Shown here one piece after another: positions 12,101 through 23,078 of a DNA stretch of 64,000 bases. Source of the stretch: Ascoidea asiatica JCM 7603 (lineage: Eukaryota; Fungi; Ascomycota); contig BCKQ01000005.1 in the NCBI GenBank assembly GCA_001600695.1, positions 1,045,820-1,109,819 of the forward strand, given 5' to 3'. Position 1 is the first letter of the stretch. Each line of letters starts with the position of its first letter. A program made the translations under genes and the position numbers. The notes below the pieces were generated by a model, which saw only the letters and a list, made by a program, of their open reading frames with translations, made no database searches and was not told the DNA's origin.

Positions 12101-14795
12101 AACAATAAGTCCAATTATGAAAATGATTAATCTTATAGATAATGGCTCCGATGATATTGCTGTTTTAAATGTCTTTTATATCAATGATTTAAACTCATTT
12201 CATTTTTGGGAATTTGTGGATAGTTGTTTTGAATTTTCAAAACTTCTTTTGTCTATAAGAAGCTTATTTCATAAGAAAATAACAATTTTTGAATTAGAAT
12301 TGTTTAAATCAGTATCAAAATTAATTAATGCTTATTCTAAACATTTAAGATTAAGAGTTCCAATACTAAAAGTATTAATAAAGCTTATAAGTTATAATTC
12401 ATTAGGAACCAAGAATGATCCCATTCCAGAAGATGAAAAGCTTCCTTCTCTTTTAGCTTATTTAGGAGAAAATCATACAAAAGTTTTATTAGATTCATTG
12501 GCAAATGATTTGAAAAACTCATTAGATAATTATGAAATAAAGAATTATTTATTTGATTTTATTTCAACTGTGATGGAATATAATCAAGAAGGATTAGCAA
12601 TAATTTTATTAGCTGGACATGATATTCGTCATAATAAAAAAAAAGAAAGGCATAAAGAAATTTCAATATTTCAGATTTTAAAGAAAAGTGCATTAAATAT
12701 AAATTTTTATCCACATTCTGTTTCTATACATTTATTAGAATCAATTTCATTTGCATATAATTCATTTACATTTGCTCAAAGAGTTACTAATGATGATAAA
12801 GAATTTATTGAAATTTTAGTTAAACTTTTTTTAAAATTTAAAGATGTTAAATTATTATCTAATAAAAGTATTGAATCATATGAAAATAAAGAAGTTATTG
12901 AATTTTGTTATAAAAATAAACTTGTATCAATATTAGGTGAAATTTTTGCATTTTTATTATTTTTTGTATCTAATAGTCCTTTAAAAGAAAAAAAACAATT
13001 AAAACAAATAATTTTTCCAATAACAAAATTAATTGAAAGTAATGAATTTATAAATAATTATTCAAAAAAATTATTTAAAATTGATCTTAAAAGATTAACA
13101 ATGTTTGAAGGAGCATTACTTCCAATTAAAGAAGAATCAATATTACAAAAAATTGATTTTTCTCAATTTATTTATTCAGCATTAATTCATTCAAGAAAAA
13201 GATATGGAATACATTCTATTTATAATGTTAATTTATTGGATAGAATATTTTGTGATTGTGAAGGATGGAATTTTATTAGAAAAGATATAATTAATAATAG
13301 TATTCATTCACAATATATTGAATCTCAAACAACAGTTGTTAAATCATGGGGAGCATTTTTTACATCATATATTCAAACTAAGAAAAGTGAAATTAATGGA
13401 AAATTTCTTGAAATTTTATTAAGCTTAATTAAAATAAATAATGAAGAAAGTATAATTCCAGGATTTGAAGGAATTTATTTAGAAAGAATTGAATTAATTT
13501 TTTTTACAATTTATAATATTTCATTAAATAATAATACAGAAATTAAAGAAATTTATATTAAAGAATTAATTATTGGAATAATTGAATCATTATTATCAAT
13601 AGATGTTAATTTTAAAGAAAATCTTCAAAGAAATCAAAATCAAGTTTATAGATCATTATTAAGAGGATTATTAATATGTTTTACAATATGTAAAGATAAG
13701 AATTATTTAATTTTAGATTTAATTTCAGAAGATTTAATTAAATTTTTTGAATTATATATTTGTGAAGGAACAAATTTAATTATATTATCAATACAAGAAG
13801 AAATTGAAAAAATGAATGAAAAAAGAAAAGAAAAGGAAAAGGAATTAGAATTGGAATTAGAATTGGAATTGGAATTAAATTTAAGTATAATATATAATAG
13901 AGTTGAAGATTTAATATTATTTATAAATATATTTAAAAAAATTGGAGATTTAAAAGGATCAATAAATTTATTAACAAGTTTTGCACAATGTTTTAATAGA
14001 AATGATACAATTAGAAGAATTTTAGATTTATATTATTATTCAAATTCTATGAAAATTAATAATGAACTAATTTTTGCAGATTTATCATTAAGATTTATAT
14101 TTGAATTAGTTTCAATTGATATTATTGTTGAAGAAATTTTAAATAAAGATTTATTTTCAAATTTAATTGAAAGTGAAATTTCAATAATTATTCAAAATGG
14201 TATTATTAAACCAGAAATTTTTTTAAAATATCATAAAATTTGGAGTAATGGATTATTACCAATAATAATTATATTATTAAATAAATTTAAAGAAAGATTA
14301 TTACCAGAAATTTGTTCATTTTTAAGAAGATTTTCAAAACAAATTTATAATACTATTACTGGATGGTCATTTGATTCATTAATTATAACATATTCAACAA
14401 TTTATGAAACTGGACAATTAATTTTAATTTATGAAATTTTAAATAAATTAAATTTTGAAGAAATTTTAAGTAATAATATAAATATTGGATCAATAAGAGA
14501 AGTATCCTCAAATTCAAATTTAAATTCAAATTCTCTTAGATTATCTAATTCAAATTCAATTTCTATAAATAATTCAATTGATATTTTACCAGGATTGAAT
14601 AGTGAAGAAGATAGAGATATTCTTATTAATAATTTTAATCAATTATTATCACATCCTAAATTTTTAAAATCTAGAGTTGTTGCTTGTAATAATGAAGAAC
14701 AAAAATTAATGGATGATCCAAATGGCAAAGCTAAAATGTTGAATGAAATTGTGAGTGAAATCTATGGACTAAGAGATAGTTTAAGAAGAATATAA
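9183..14795 (+). CDS. NUP188: Nucleoporin Nup188
   Basis: 1870-aa alpha-solenoid. WTFNNA, LEILRII, YNGWSFLGR, LPSLLAYLG, NQEGLAIILLAG and HKIWSNGLL resemble fungal Nup188 blocks. Confidence 0.8.
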   Translation: MASNNSITASIPGPVPSDSWTFNNAISILSSDSINDPFILSNLLKFIILNKSILINPFIILKNYSKQNTYSIYNKLIISLNSNSNTLKFNQRGINYEIINDKKILIEILKDSKILSIYLKIDFLEILRIIAQSNLKNQILNLNLNENKLILKTNSENFEINKLNHLKKLKFYLNLIFDNLNSILNLLNLIIQNSIYLSKIDKNLKNFIQNDLLKLNGNLLIDNFIQNLNLFFIKFISILNKEDYDDDYNNNNEKENENEINDEDYNEILFLNDNLSNYYLNGIIITTFNSLKSVLQLSLLIELNIDNIINWFDLMYLSNFNKNFQISLKDSNNNSLNINSNIILNDNLISIQNLTELISLLFMGLNVNLSNSQNHNFIDIDSLIYFNDPKNFKILNDIILTDQNSNPMIIYFWSTILHLKLLSINSSTIDNDNQILSNDLIFLKEFSSLTTISNTNFILNQINSLIQKFDSINGFVQIQKNFNDLKHNNLYVAIISCFLISIVPYISFNQKNSALYSSVFEKLSLYSISNIQNILISNKESSYNKNSAKAIIKANKNSPGDLILENFFNNHFTQQLVMLLKLKLPTVNESLLAFLNLCNINGSFAFENLSELSTYFYKFKPNEINIEYDLEDPENDNETIVLKDSLKISPPFEIDEKSFRIELKPGTKGKILSNSTIENWEFIVFYHGYNGWSFLGRFFQNILLKLIYEPHNNSTVSEDEKEFMTIFIKLLKNSFNGLSLEECNKLINSLSIYLNKKSLSCNDLMDLILEYFNYSLGKKDLKSLLGLIDLFDVLLANNANIVWSFLIKSNLLNLNKLAFGSSQNLSINTINNSNSDNGDLLTNHLNSIEIHNQNYDFSLALIKFFDSLIDECLLIQESDVDFFSNGVKAEILLSFTDYFIFLFENFQSFGYSKFHQSFEIGSGILSVFQKILFSTYSVNFKKSLKQSLPIKTLLLSAERIIKSFLIVEFPDLRTISPIMKMINLIDNGSDDIAVLNVFYINDLNSFHFWEFVDSCFEFSKLLLSIRSLFHKKITIFELELFKSVSKLINAYSKHLRLRVPILKVLIKLISYNSLGTKNDPIPEDEKLPSLLAYLGENHTKVLLDSLANDLKNSLDNYEIKNYLFDFISTVMEYNQEGLAIILLAGHDIRHNKKKERHKEISIFQILKKSALNINFYPHSVSIHLLESISFAYNSFTFAQRVTNDDKEFIEILVKLFLKFKDVKLLSNKSIESYENKEVIEFCYKNKLVSILGEIFAFLLFFVSNSPLKEKKQLKQIIFPITKLIESNEFINNYSKKLFKIDLKRLTMFEGALLPIKEESILQKIDFSQFIYSALIHSRKRYGIHSIYNVNLLDRIFCDCEGWNFIRKDIINNSIHSQYIESQTTVVKSWGAFFTSYIQTKKSEINGKFLEILLSLIKINNEESIIPGFEGIYLERIELIFFTIYNISLNNNTEIKEIYIKELIIGIIESLLSIDVNFKENLQRNQNQVYRSLLRGLLICFTICKDKNYLILDLISEDLIKFFELYICEGTNLIILSIQEEIEKMNEKRKEKEKELELELELELELNLSIIYNRVEDLILFINIFKKIGDLKGSINLLTSFAQCFNRNDTIRRILDLYYYSNSMKINNELIFADLSLRFIFELVSIDIIVEEILNKDLFSNLIESEISIIIQNGIIKPEIFLKYHKIWSNGLLPIIIILLNKFKERLLPEICSFLRRFSKQIYNTITGWSFDSLIITYSTIYETGQLILIYEILNKLNFEEILSNNINIGSIREVSSNSNLNSNSLRLSNSNSISINNSIDILPGLNSEEDRDILINNFNQLLSHPKFLKSRVVACNNEEQKLMDDPNGKAKMLNEIVSEIYGLRDSLRRI

Positions 14796-14978
14796 ATCAT
14801 ATATAAATCATATATAAATTATATATAAAACATATATAAAACAGAATATATATATAAATATATATACATATTTCAAAGAATCTCACAAATGATTGTAGTT
14901 TTGAAGAAGCTGAAGAAAGTTGCGTAAAAGTTACGCGTTTGAAAAGTTGCGTCTTCAACGGCAGAATTCTCGTTGCAA

Positions 14979-14986
14979 AGCCCTAA
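14979..14986 (+). promoter_or_regulatory. Tbf1-type site AGCCCTAA followed by T-tracts; probable snoRNA-host promoter
   Basis: Matches the ARCCCTAA motif typical of yeast snoRNA promoters; about 250 bp upstream of the host 5' splice site. Confidence 0.5.
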
Positions 14987-15231
14987 AACTTTTTCGTTTT
15001 TTGTTTGTTGTTTTTTGATTGTGGTTTTTTGTATTTAAATGCTTCTCTGCCATTTTCTTTTACTTCTTTTATCTGTTTGTGATTAGGATCATTGGCAGTG
15101 GCAGTTTTTAACTGGATTACTATTCAAATTGGTTCTTTGGTGTTTGTTATTACTGAATGTGATAGTTTAGTTTGGTTTAGTTTAGTTTGGTTTAGTTTAG
15201 TTTGGTTTGGTTGGGTCTAATTTACTTTAGT

Positions 15232-15500
15232 GTATGTCTTTCTTTTGATTCTTCCCAATGGCTTTGTTGTTTGTTATTTTAAATATTTCTCGTTTTTAAT
15301 GAAATTTCATGATGAATTTTTGTACTTTATATGTTTTTTCTGGCATCTCTAATGCTAGAGCTTTAACCAGCTCGATGAATACAACCCTGACTACTATCTG
15401 ATGCTTTTCATAAAGAAAAAATATAATATTTCAAATTTCAAAGTCTTTAAAAATCACCTTTTTTAGAATTCTTACTAACTTTTATTTTACTTCAAATTAG
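15232..15500 (+). other. Spliceosomal intron of an apparently non-coding snoRNA host transcript
   Basis: GTATGT at 15232-15237, TACTAAC at 15473-15479, and a pyrimidine tract with TAG ending at 15500. No sizeable ORF was seen in the flanking exons. Confidence 0.75.
15305..15403 (+). ncRNA. SNR48: Box C/D snoRNA, snR48-like (25S Gm2791/Gm2793 guide)
   Basis: Box C ATGATGA at 15309-15315. The guide TTTTCTGGCATCTCTA (to 15351) pairs with conserved 25S UAGAGGUGCCAGAAAA (one G-U). A degenerate D' ATGC places the +5 position on the G2793 equivalent. C'-like TCGATGA lies at ~15372 and box D CTGA at 15398-15401. Confidence 0.8.
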
Positions 15501-15945
15501 CTTTTTAATGAACTTCTGAATATTCTCTTTGATCAAGTAGAATTTGATTCTCAATTCCTTGACTCACTCTTCAATTTTGTATCTTTCTTTTTTTTTTGCA
15601 CTTTTCCAATCTCTTATTAGTTTTACATAGTTTTTTTTTTCTCATCTATTCAATAAATATTCAATTCAATTAATCATTAATTTCAATCTGTAAGAATTAG
15701 TAATATTTGTTTTTCTTTCATTATTGAAAGTTACTTCAATTTACAACAATAACAACAATAACAATGATTTTAATAATTCAGTGTTTGTTAGTCAGTATGT
15801 TGGATGTTTGATACCGGTTTAAGGCTTTTTTTTTTATTACTATTTGAATGAATCTAAAATAAAAATATATTTAATTTTAAATAAATTTATAATTTGAGAT
15901 TAATTTAATGAAAAAAATTTACTCAATTTAAAAGAAATTAAGATA

Positions 15946-16785
15946 ATGAATAGTGGAATTCTATTTATGAATAAAAATCTAATAAGAAATGGAATTAAAA
16001 ATCTATTAATTAATAATAAAATAAATAAAAGAAATATAATTAATATAACTAATGAATCAAAAATTTTAAATCTTTCAAATCTGTCAAAAGTACAAAATAA
16101 CTCAGGTAACTCAGATATATCTAATATATCTAATATATCTAATATATCTAATATATCTAATATACCTAAGTATGTAAATAAAGAAATTGAAGATTATTTT
16201 CAATATGCTTGTGATAATAAATTAAATACAGAATCTTCAGTTTTTAAAGGAAATTTATTTGAATTACAAACTAAAAAAATTATTGAAGATAAATTTAATA
16301 TTAATAAACATGATTTAAAAAGAACAGGTGGTTCATATGATCAAGGTATAGATTTAATTGGATATTGGAATTTAAATCAATATAAAAATGAAAATGAAAA
16401 TAAATTAAATAAAATTGAAATTTTAGTTCAATGTAAAAATACAAAAAATAAAATTACTGGAAAATTAATTAGAGAATTAAATGGAATTTATAATAATTTT
16501 AATTCAAAAATTTCAATTAATAAAAATTTTAAAATTTTAATTTTAAGTTGTACAAATATTTTTACAAAAGATGGTATGAAATTTTTTGAAAATTCTGAAA
16601 TACCATTTATTTATTTAAATTTTGAAAAATTTACTTATAATAAAATTCTTAAAAATTTTAAAGATGAATATAATTTTAATAATTATAAAGGTGGTTATTT
16701 AATTTCAAGTTATAGAAATAAAAAATGTAGAGATTTATTATTTGGAATAGATTTCAAAAATGGTAAAAATTTATTTATTGAATAA
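15946..16785 (+). CDS. RRG7: Mitochondrial restriction-endonuclease-like protein (DUF2034)
   Basis: Motifs SSVFKGNLFE, RTGGSYDQGIDLIGYW, LVQCK and LIRELNG, with a basic N-terminal presequence-like region. Confidence 0.75.
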   Translation: MNSGILFMNKNLIRNGIKNLLINNKINKRNIINITNESKILNLSNLSKVQNNSGNSDISNISNISNISNISNIPKYVNKEIEDYFQYACDNKLNTESSVFKGNLFELQTKKIIEDKFNINKHDLKRTGGSYDQGIDLIGYWNLNQYKNENENKLNKIEILVQCKNTKNKITGKLIRELNGIYNNFNSKISINKNFKILILSCTNIFTKDGMKFFENSEIPFIYLNFEKFTYNKILKNFKDEYNFNNYKGGYLISSYRNKKCRDLLFGIDFKNGKNLFIE

Positions 16786-19194
16786 AAAATCTTCAATTTT
16801 GTTAATATACTTTTCTAGTTTCGGGTCACTTATAAGTTTTTTGGGGATTGTTTATATTTTACGGGTCTCAAGGTCGGATCTCGAGATATAATTTTTGAAA
16901 GAAAAAGTGCGTGAAGAATTTTTTTCAAAATTGGTCGGAACTCAATCCTAAAGTCCGCGCTCATATGCCGTTTGAAAAAAAAAAAAAAACAGAAATAGGT
17001 ATCACATGATTTTAGTGAGGAAGGTGAAAAAATATAGGACATGCAAGAGCATGCTTTATTTTTTTCTTTAGCGTTGCGTCGCCTTGTTAGATGGTTTTGC
17101 ACATGAGGAAGTCTGAGATCTGCAGGGGAAACCGAAAGACCTTTAAACCACAAAAAGCTCCGTTACGATGCATGTTGCACCATGCTGGGAAAACACCCAG
17201 ATTAGGAATCTCAATATATTAAATATCATAATAGTAGATTGATATTTGGTAAGTTTCGGTATTCCACTGTTTGAAGCTCCAGCATTAATACAAACAATGT
17301 CTCAGACATAACAAGCGAATATTTGAATTGGAATTGGAATTGGGCAAAAAGAGATTGTTGAAAGTGGCGGTTTGAGAGTTTTCCTTGTTGATATTGAATA
17401 TCGAAATTTCATCAATGAATCATACGCAACAAGGGGAAGTAAATAGAAACAATGAGAAACAAATAAAAAATTTTATGTATGTGATCAGGAACTTAAAGCC
17501 AGAATATTTCTCGATTCAAGACAAGTATGCACCGAAAAAAAGGTATTAAATTTCAGAAGCTCATTCAAATTATATTGATAGCATCATTCTTTTTTATCTT
17601 TAAATATGAACCACCTGAATATCCGAATATTCGAATCTCTAAAGAAGTTCTATATTTATTAATTTTAAAAATTATTTTCTGTAATTATTCTCGTATCTTC
17701 TTAAGTTTTATTTTCACTAAGAATATGAACTTTTTTATAATTTGAAAATATTTAAATTTTGTGAATTAGAAACTAAATGAATTGTGAAATAACATTAATA
17801 GGTATAAAAAATGATGAGTAATCCAATTAGTCGATTTAAATGATTATTAGAATTAGAATTATTACCGATATAAGTATATTTTGATAATTTTAATAATTTT
17901 GATATTCATATTCAAATTTTATATATTTAACTCAATTTTATTCAAACTAGACTTTATCTCATATCTCCAGTTATAATCATCCATCATCACAACCAAAAAA
18001 TGAAATTTGAAAAAGAAAATTAGAAGCTAAAAACTAGAAATTAAAAAATAAATTGGTACCAAAAAATCGTAACTTCTAAATGATTCTAATCTCTTTGGAA
18101 ATTTCGATACCTTTAAATTTTTATATTTTTCCAGTTTACAATAGAATTAAAATATAATGGAATGATTTATCTTTAACACGTAATTATATTTTTGATTTTT
18201 GATTTCATAATTTAAATCTTTTTTTTTTTTTCATTCTCATTTTAAAAGGAAATTGATTTGAAATACATTTCGGTTTTTTAAACTAAATAGTTAATAAATA
18301 AAATAATAAATTAATAATAATAATGAAATCAGTGTAAGCTTAAGTTTCAGGGATTAAATTGATTACTTTTTAATTTCGATGACCTTTTTTTTAAAAATAT
18401 ATTACTAAAATGTACTAAATATTATCTTACATTTCTTCCATATCAATTAACATCACTATCACTATCACTATTAACATCAATATATCAAAGCATCAATATC
18501 AATAGAATTAACAAGAATAGTAACTGTAAATATGAACATAAACAAGAATATGAATGTAAATAACAATAGAAAACAATACTGTAGTAATAAAATACCAATA
18601 AATTAGTAATTGTAAATAGTAAATAATAGTAAATAATAGTAAATAGTAGTAAATAATAATAATAAATAATATTTATTCAATAATATTTTAATAATATTCC
18701 TTACTCTTTATTTTTTTATCTTCTTTATTCATAGATTTGTAACAAAATCATAACTTATTACTCACAACTTACAATTCATAACTTAACTTTTAATTTATAT
18801 TGTTAATTTAGATATGAGTTTCTAATATAAATATCCAGAATTCCCATACTTTTTATTTTTGAATTCTTCTAGTTTTTATTCTTTTTTAATCTTTCTTCTT
18901 CATCAGTAAATTCAAATAAATTTAATTTAATTATATTCATCAATCTTATCATATTATATTACATTATATATTATACTACAGTAAATATTAAATATCAAAC
19001 ATTATAACATTATAATATTATATTATTATACTACTTATACTATACTACACTATACTAAATTAAATTATCTCGAGTTAAATTACTTATTTCTATTATCAAT
19101 CAATCAATCTATCTATAAATCTATCCTTTAATCAATCAATCAATAAATCAGTATATTACCGAATTATCACTAATAAACAAAATATTCTATTAAA

Positions 19195-19911
19195 ATGGTT
19201 CATCAAAATCCCAAAAATTATTATTTAAATGGATTTCCAATGGGAGCTCCACCAATTCCATATAATTATTTATCTGGTTATTATAATAATTTTGGATATT
19301 CTCAAAATTGGCCATATAATTATTATATTGAATCAAATGATGATGATAATACAAAAACTAATGTTGTTAAAACTGAAGTTAAAAAATTAACTGAAAATGA
19401 AGATTCAAAAGAAGATAATGCAAATACTTCAATTAAAGTAAAAATTGCAAATTTTGAACAAGATACATCTTCAAATTCAAATTCAAATTCAATTTCAAAT
19501 TTAAATTTAGGTCCAAATAATTCAATTCAAAATCAAGATGAATCTCAATCTCAATCTCAAATTGTGCTACCCAATTATAATTTTCCATATAAAAATTCAA
19601 GAACTTGGAATTTATTCTTAGAATCTTTACAGAATGCATATCCTGAAATTAAATCATTAATAACTTCAAAGAATATAACAATGTTTATTGAAGAAGATAA
19701 TGCTTGTATAATTCCAAGACATTGGGATAGTTTTGTTAGACCAAATATAAATGTGTCTATTTTCTTAAAAAAAAATAAATTAGATAAAAAAATTACTGGC
19801 GCTAAAGTTCCAATAGGGTTTTATTATGATCCAAAATATAAAGGTTACTTGTATAATATTAAAAAAGGTAAATATATTCCAACTGGTAATACTGTTTGGA
19901 GCACAGATTAA
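19195..19911 (+). CDS. Hypothetical protein with fungal ubiquitin-like domain
   Basis: FPYKNSRTWNLFLESLQNAYP...IIPRHWDSFVRPNINVSI matches the recalled FP..C.TW...I.P..W...(V/I).P pattern of fungal ubiquitin-like domains. The N-terminus is Tyr/Asn/Pro-rich. Confidence 0.55.
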   Translation: MVHQNPKNYYLNGFPMGAPPIPYNYLSGYYNNFGYSQNWPYNYYIESNDDDNTKTNVVKTEVKKLTENEDSKEDNANTSIKVKIANFEQDTSSNSNSNSISNLNLGPNNSIQNQDESQSQSQIVLPNYNFPYKNSRTWNLFLESLQNAYPEIKSLITSKNITMFIEEDNACIIPRHWDSFVRPNINVSIFLKKNKLDKKITGAKVPIGFYYDPKYKGYLYNIKKGKYIPTGNTVWSTD

Positions 19912-22900
19912 AAAAAATCAAATATTCAAAGTTGGGATTATTTATTTGTTTTAATCTTACAAATTAAAGCAAAAAAAATTTATCTTTTTAATATTTCCTT
20001 TATTTTATTGGTTTTTTATTTTACTATAAAGTATTGAATAATATTTATCTCTTTCAGATATTTATTTTTGCTTATTATTATTCTATTACTGCTATTTTAT
20101 TTATGCTCTTAATTTTTACTCCTTTGGCGGTTATACTTTTTTTATTCCGATGTTATCCTAAAATTATTTGCCTTACATTTATATAAAATTTATTTTTTTT
20201 GGAGGCATTTTTCTGAAGATTTTATTTTTAAACTATCATTTATCTAGATATTTGAAACTTCAAATATTCCTGAATGTTTTAAATGTTATTAGTTAACCTG
20301 CAATACCTACTAATAATACCTGGTGATACCATTATTTATTATTTCTTTATCAATTATTATATTATGCCTTTTGTTCTATAATTTATTTTTCAATTAACTA
20401 CTATTAATTCTCAAGATTATGTATACTTTTTTCTCATTTTTTTTTCATCATCACAACTTTTAATGCAAATTTTGAAATTTTGAAATAATATTATTATACT
20501 GTAGGCAATACTAAACAAAAATTTGAATCATATTTATTTTTTTTCAACTCGATTTTTAAAATATTTATTAATATTTTAAGCCAAAAATCTCGTATCGGAT
20601 TATTTTTCCATTATTTTAAACTTTCAGTAAAGTTTTCAGTAATGTGAATTGTTTCATTTTAGGATCCTGAAAAACTTTAAAAAATTAAAATTATAAGTTA
20701 ATTATTTTTATCACCGTAGTTCAGAGTAAAACGAAATTTTAACTACTTAACGAAAAAGAGAAAGAAAAAAAAACATTATTCTATTTAACTCAATTCATTG
20801 TTATTTTCTTTACTCGGGTTAATATTGGATTCAATTTAGCTTTGATTATCAAATAAGTCTTATTGTAGTTATAAATTTGACTTCATATTTGTTTGTAGAA
20901 TGTTTACTAAAATGCACAATTTCCACTAAATTCTATAATCAAAAGAATATTTTAAAAATTGTAAGTAAATTAAATTGAATTAACCTTGATTTATTCACTT
21001 TTCTTCAAGTTAACCAGATTTGAAGAAAAAAATTACATAATTGGGATAATTTTGACTTCCAGTTTGGTTGTTAATGAAACAAAAAGATGACATTATTGTG
21101 TAATAGAATTTCAAAGAATCAAAACGTTTGAACAATTTGATAATAATTCAATTAAAATTTATTGATTCAATTATTCACTATTAATACTAGTTTCAAATTA
21201 TTAAATAATTCAATTGTTTTATTTGAAAACTAAAAGTTCCTAAAAATAATTTATAAATATTTTCTTAGATAAAATGCCTCGAATTTTTGATTATTGAAAA
21301 TAAATATTTTATGTTAGAAACTTATAAATTAATTCAAAGGAGATATCTAAGATATGAGAAGTTTAGCTAATCAAAAATACTGGATTTCAAAATAAATGAT
21401 CAGATTAAAAGAGTCTTTTCTCATAATTGAACTCCTTTGTACTAAATATTCTTAATTACATTTTCTTTTCTTCCTTTGTAAAGTCATAAAAATCATGTTT
21501 ATTTATCACTCTACATTTTAAACATTATATTACCAGGAGGTATTTTAAAAAAATAAAGAGAGGCTAAAACATAATTTATTTTCTTGGTATATAGATATGT
21601 ATATACCCTATATTTAATTAAATAAACAAATAAATAAATAAATAAAGAAATTTAACTAAGACAAAAAATTTCAAGTGCCAAGTTTCATTATTCGAAATAA
21701 TAAATTGTTGAATTTCTTGAAGTGGTTAATAATTATTAAATGAATAAATAAAAAATTATTTGGATCATACTAAGTTTCTGCACCAAGCTATTGTTTTTTT
21801 TTGCCTTTGAAATTAAGAGTAATTTTTTAAAAAAACGGAGTTAAATGTCTCTTGAAATTGTGCTTCGAATTATCCTTTACACTGTCTTTGTTAAAATCTT
21901 CTTTTAATTCATAGAAACTTTTTATAACACGTAATAAAAAGTTTCTTAGTCATTTCTTTGTGTGGTTGAAAATATACTTTGGGACTTCTTCATTCTCGTA
22001 TAACATAGTCAAGTAAGAAACAAAACCTAAAACTAAAAGCTTTGAAATAAGAAAAACTATTATTATCTTCCAGAAGTAAAAAGAAATAGAATAGAAATTC
22101 TTTTTTTAGAATAAATTAGAGTTTTTGATAATATTCAATAGTTTTTTCAATACCTAATTCTTTAGTTAGCCTTTGATCAAGCTTTGTTTGAAAAAATATA
22201 TATTAAAGCATCGAAAGATTTCGGAATAAACTTGTTTACTCTTAAGAACAATACAAGGTGTGAAAAAGAAAATCACTATTTATAGTCGAAGAAAGCAAAG
22301 CACAGCCGAGAGAACTCCTTACCTTTTTTTAGAATCAATTCATTGGATACTTTAAATGCTGAGTAAAATTCCTTGTGACCACAAGTTTTTATAGTATCAA
22401 CTTCTTCTTGAATTACTTCAAAATCATCAACTCATCACTTCAGTTATTCATTAATGATTTAAAAAGGGTCTTCTCAATTTACCAGGAAAAAGTTCACAAA
22501 TACGCCTCAGAAAAAACTCGGCTAAAAGTATGGCTGCTGAAAGGTCAGTGAGCCACAATGGGAATGGAATCGGTTCCATCATCAAAAGGTTATCCATACT
22601 GTGGTTTTTTGTTTTACTTTTGACACGTGCTCTACGGCCATTAAGTTAAAATTCTAAAATCCAGTAGTATGGTACATTAAAAAAAGCATGCCCGCACCAG
22701 TGTCGTGGGTCTTACGGAATCTAAGCTTCTTATACGCGTCCTTCGGCAGTCAGCCAATCAGTGCTCGCAGCTGCTAAGCGACTGAGTTTTATCGATCTAA
22801 ATTTACCGCTTTTCCAGCACCTTTTTCACCACTTTATCAAATTTCAATTCGATTTTGATCTATTCATCAAATACGTATCGAAATATCTTCTTTTATTTTC

Positions 22901-23078
22901 TTACATTTTTTAAATTTTATTAATCTTTCGCAAAACTTTTAGTCTGTTTAGTTAGATTCAATTCAATTCTATTATATTTTATTCAGTTTTATTCAATTGA
23001 TAAAAAGTAGATTGAAATTTCACTCAACTGTTACGACTTAGTACTACAATCACTACTACTAAGAGTACATTTTTCAAG

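Noticed and set aside
15386-15397. Second guide (TGACTACT) matching the 18S 5' end before box D
   Set aside because: Only 8 bp and offset from box D; too short to support
15795-15945. GTATGT upstream of RRG7 as a second intron
   Set aside because: No convincing branch point before the ATG
16830-17153. 107-aa ORF or snRNA candidate (Sm-like AATTTTTG) in a GC island
   Set aside because: GTG start with no domain, and no recognisable snRNA sequence; more likely a promoter
19912-22500. Long gene-free stretch as a possible centromere, transposon relic or tRNA locus
   Set aside because: No LTR/TIR, A/B boxes, CDE elements or ORF remnants could be recognised by eye
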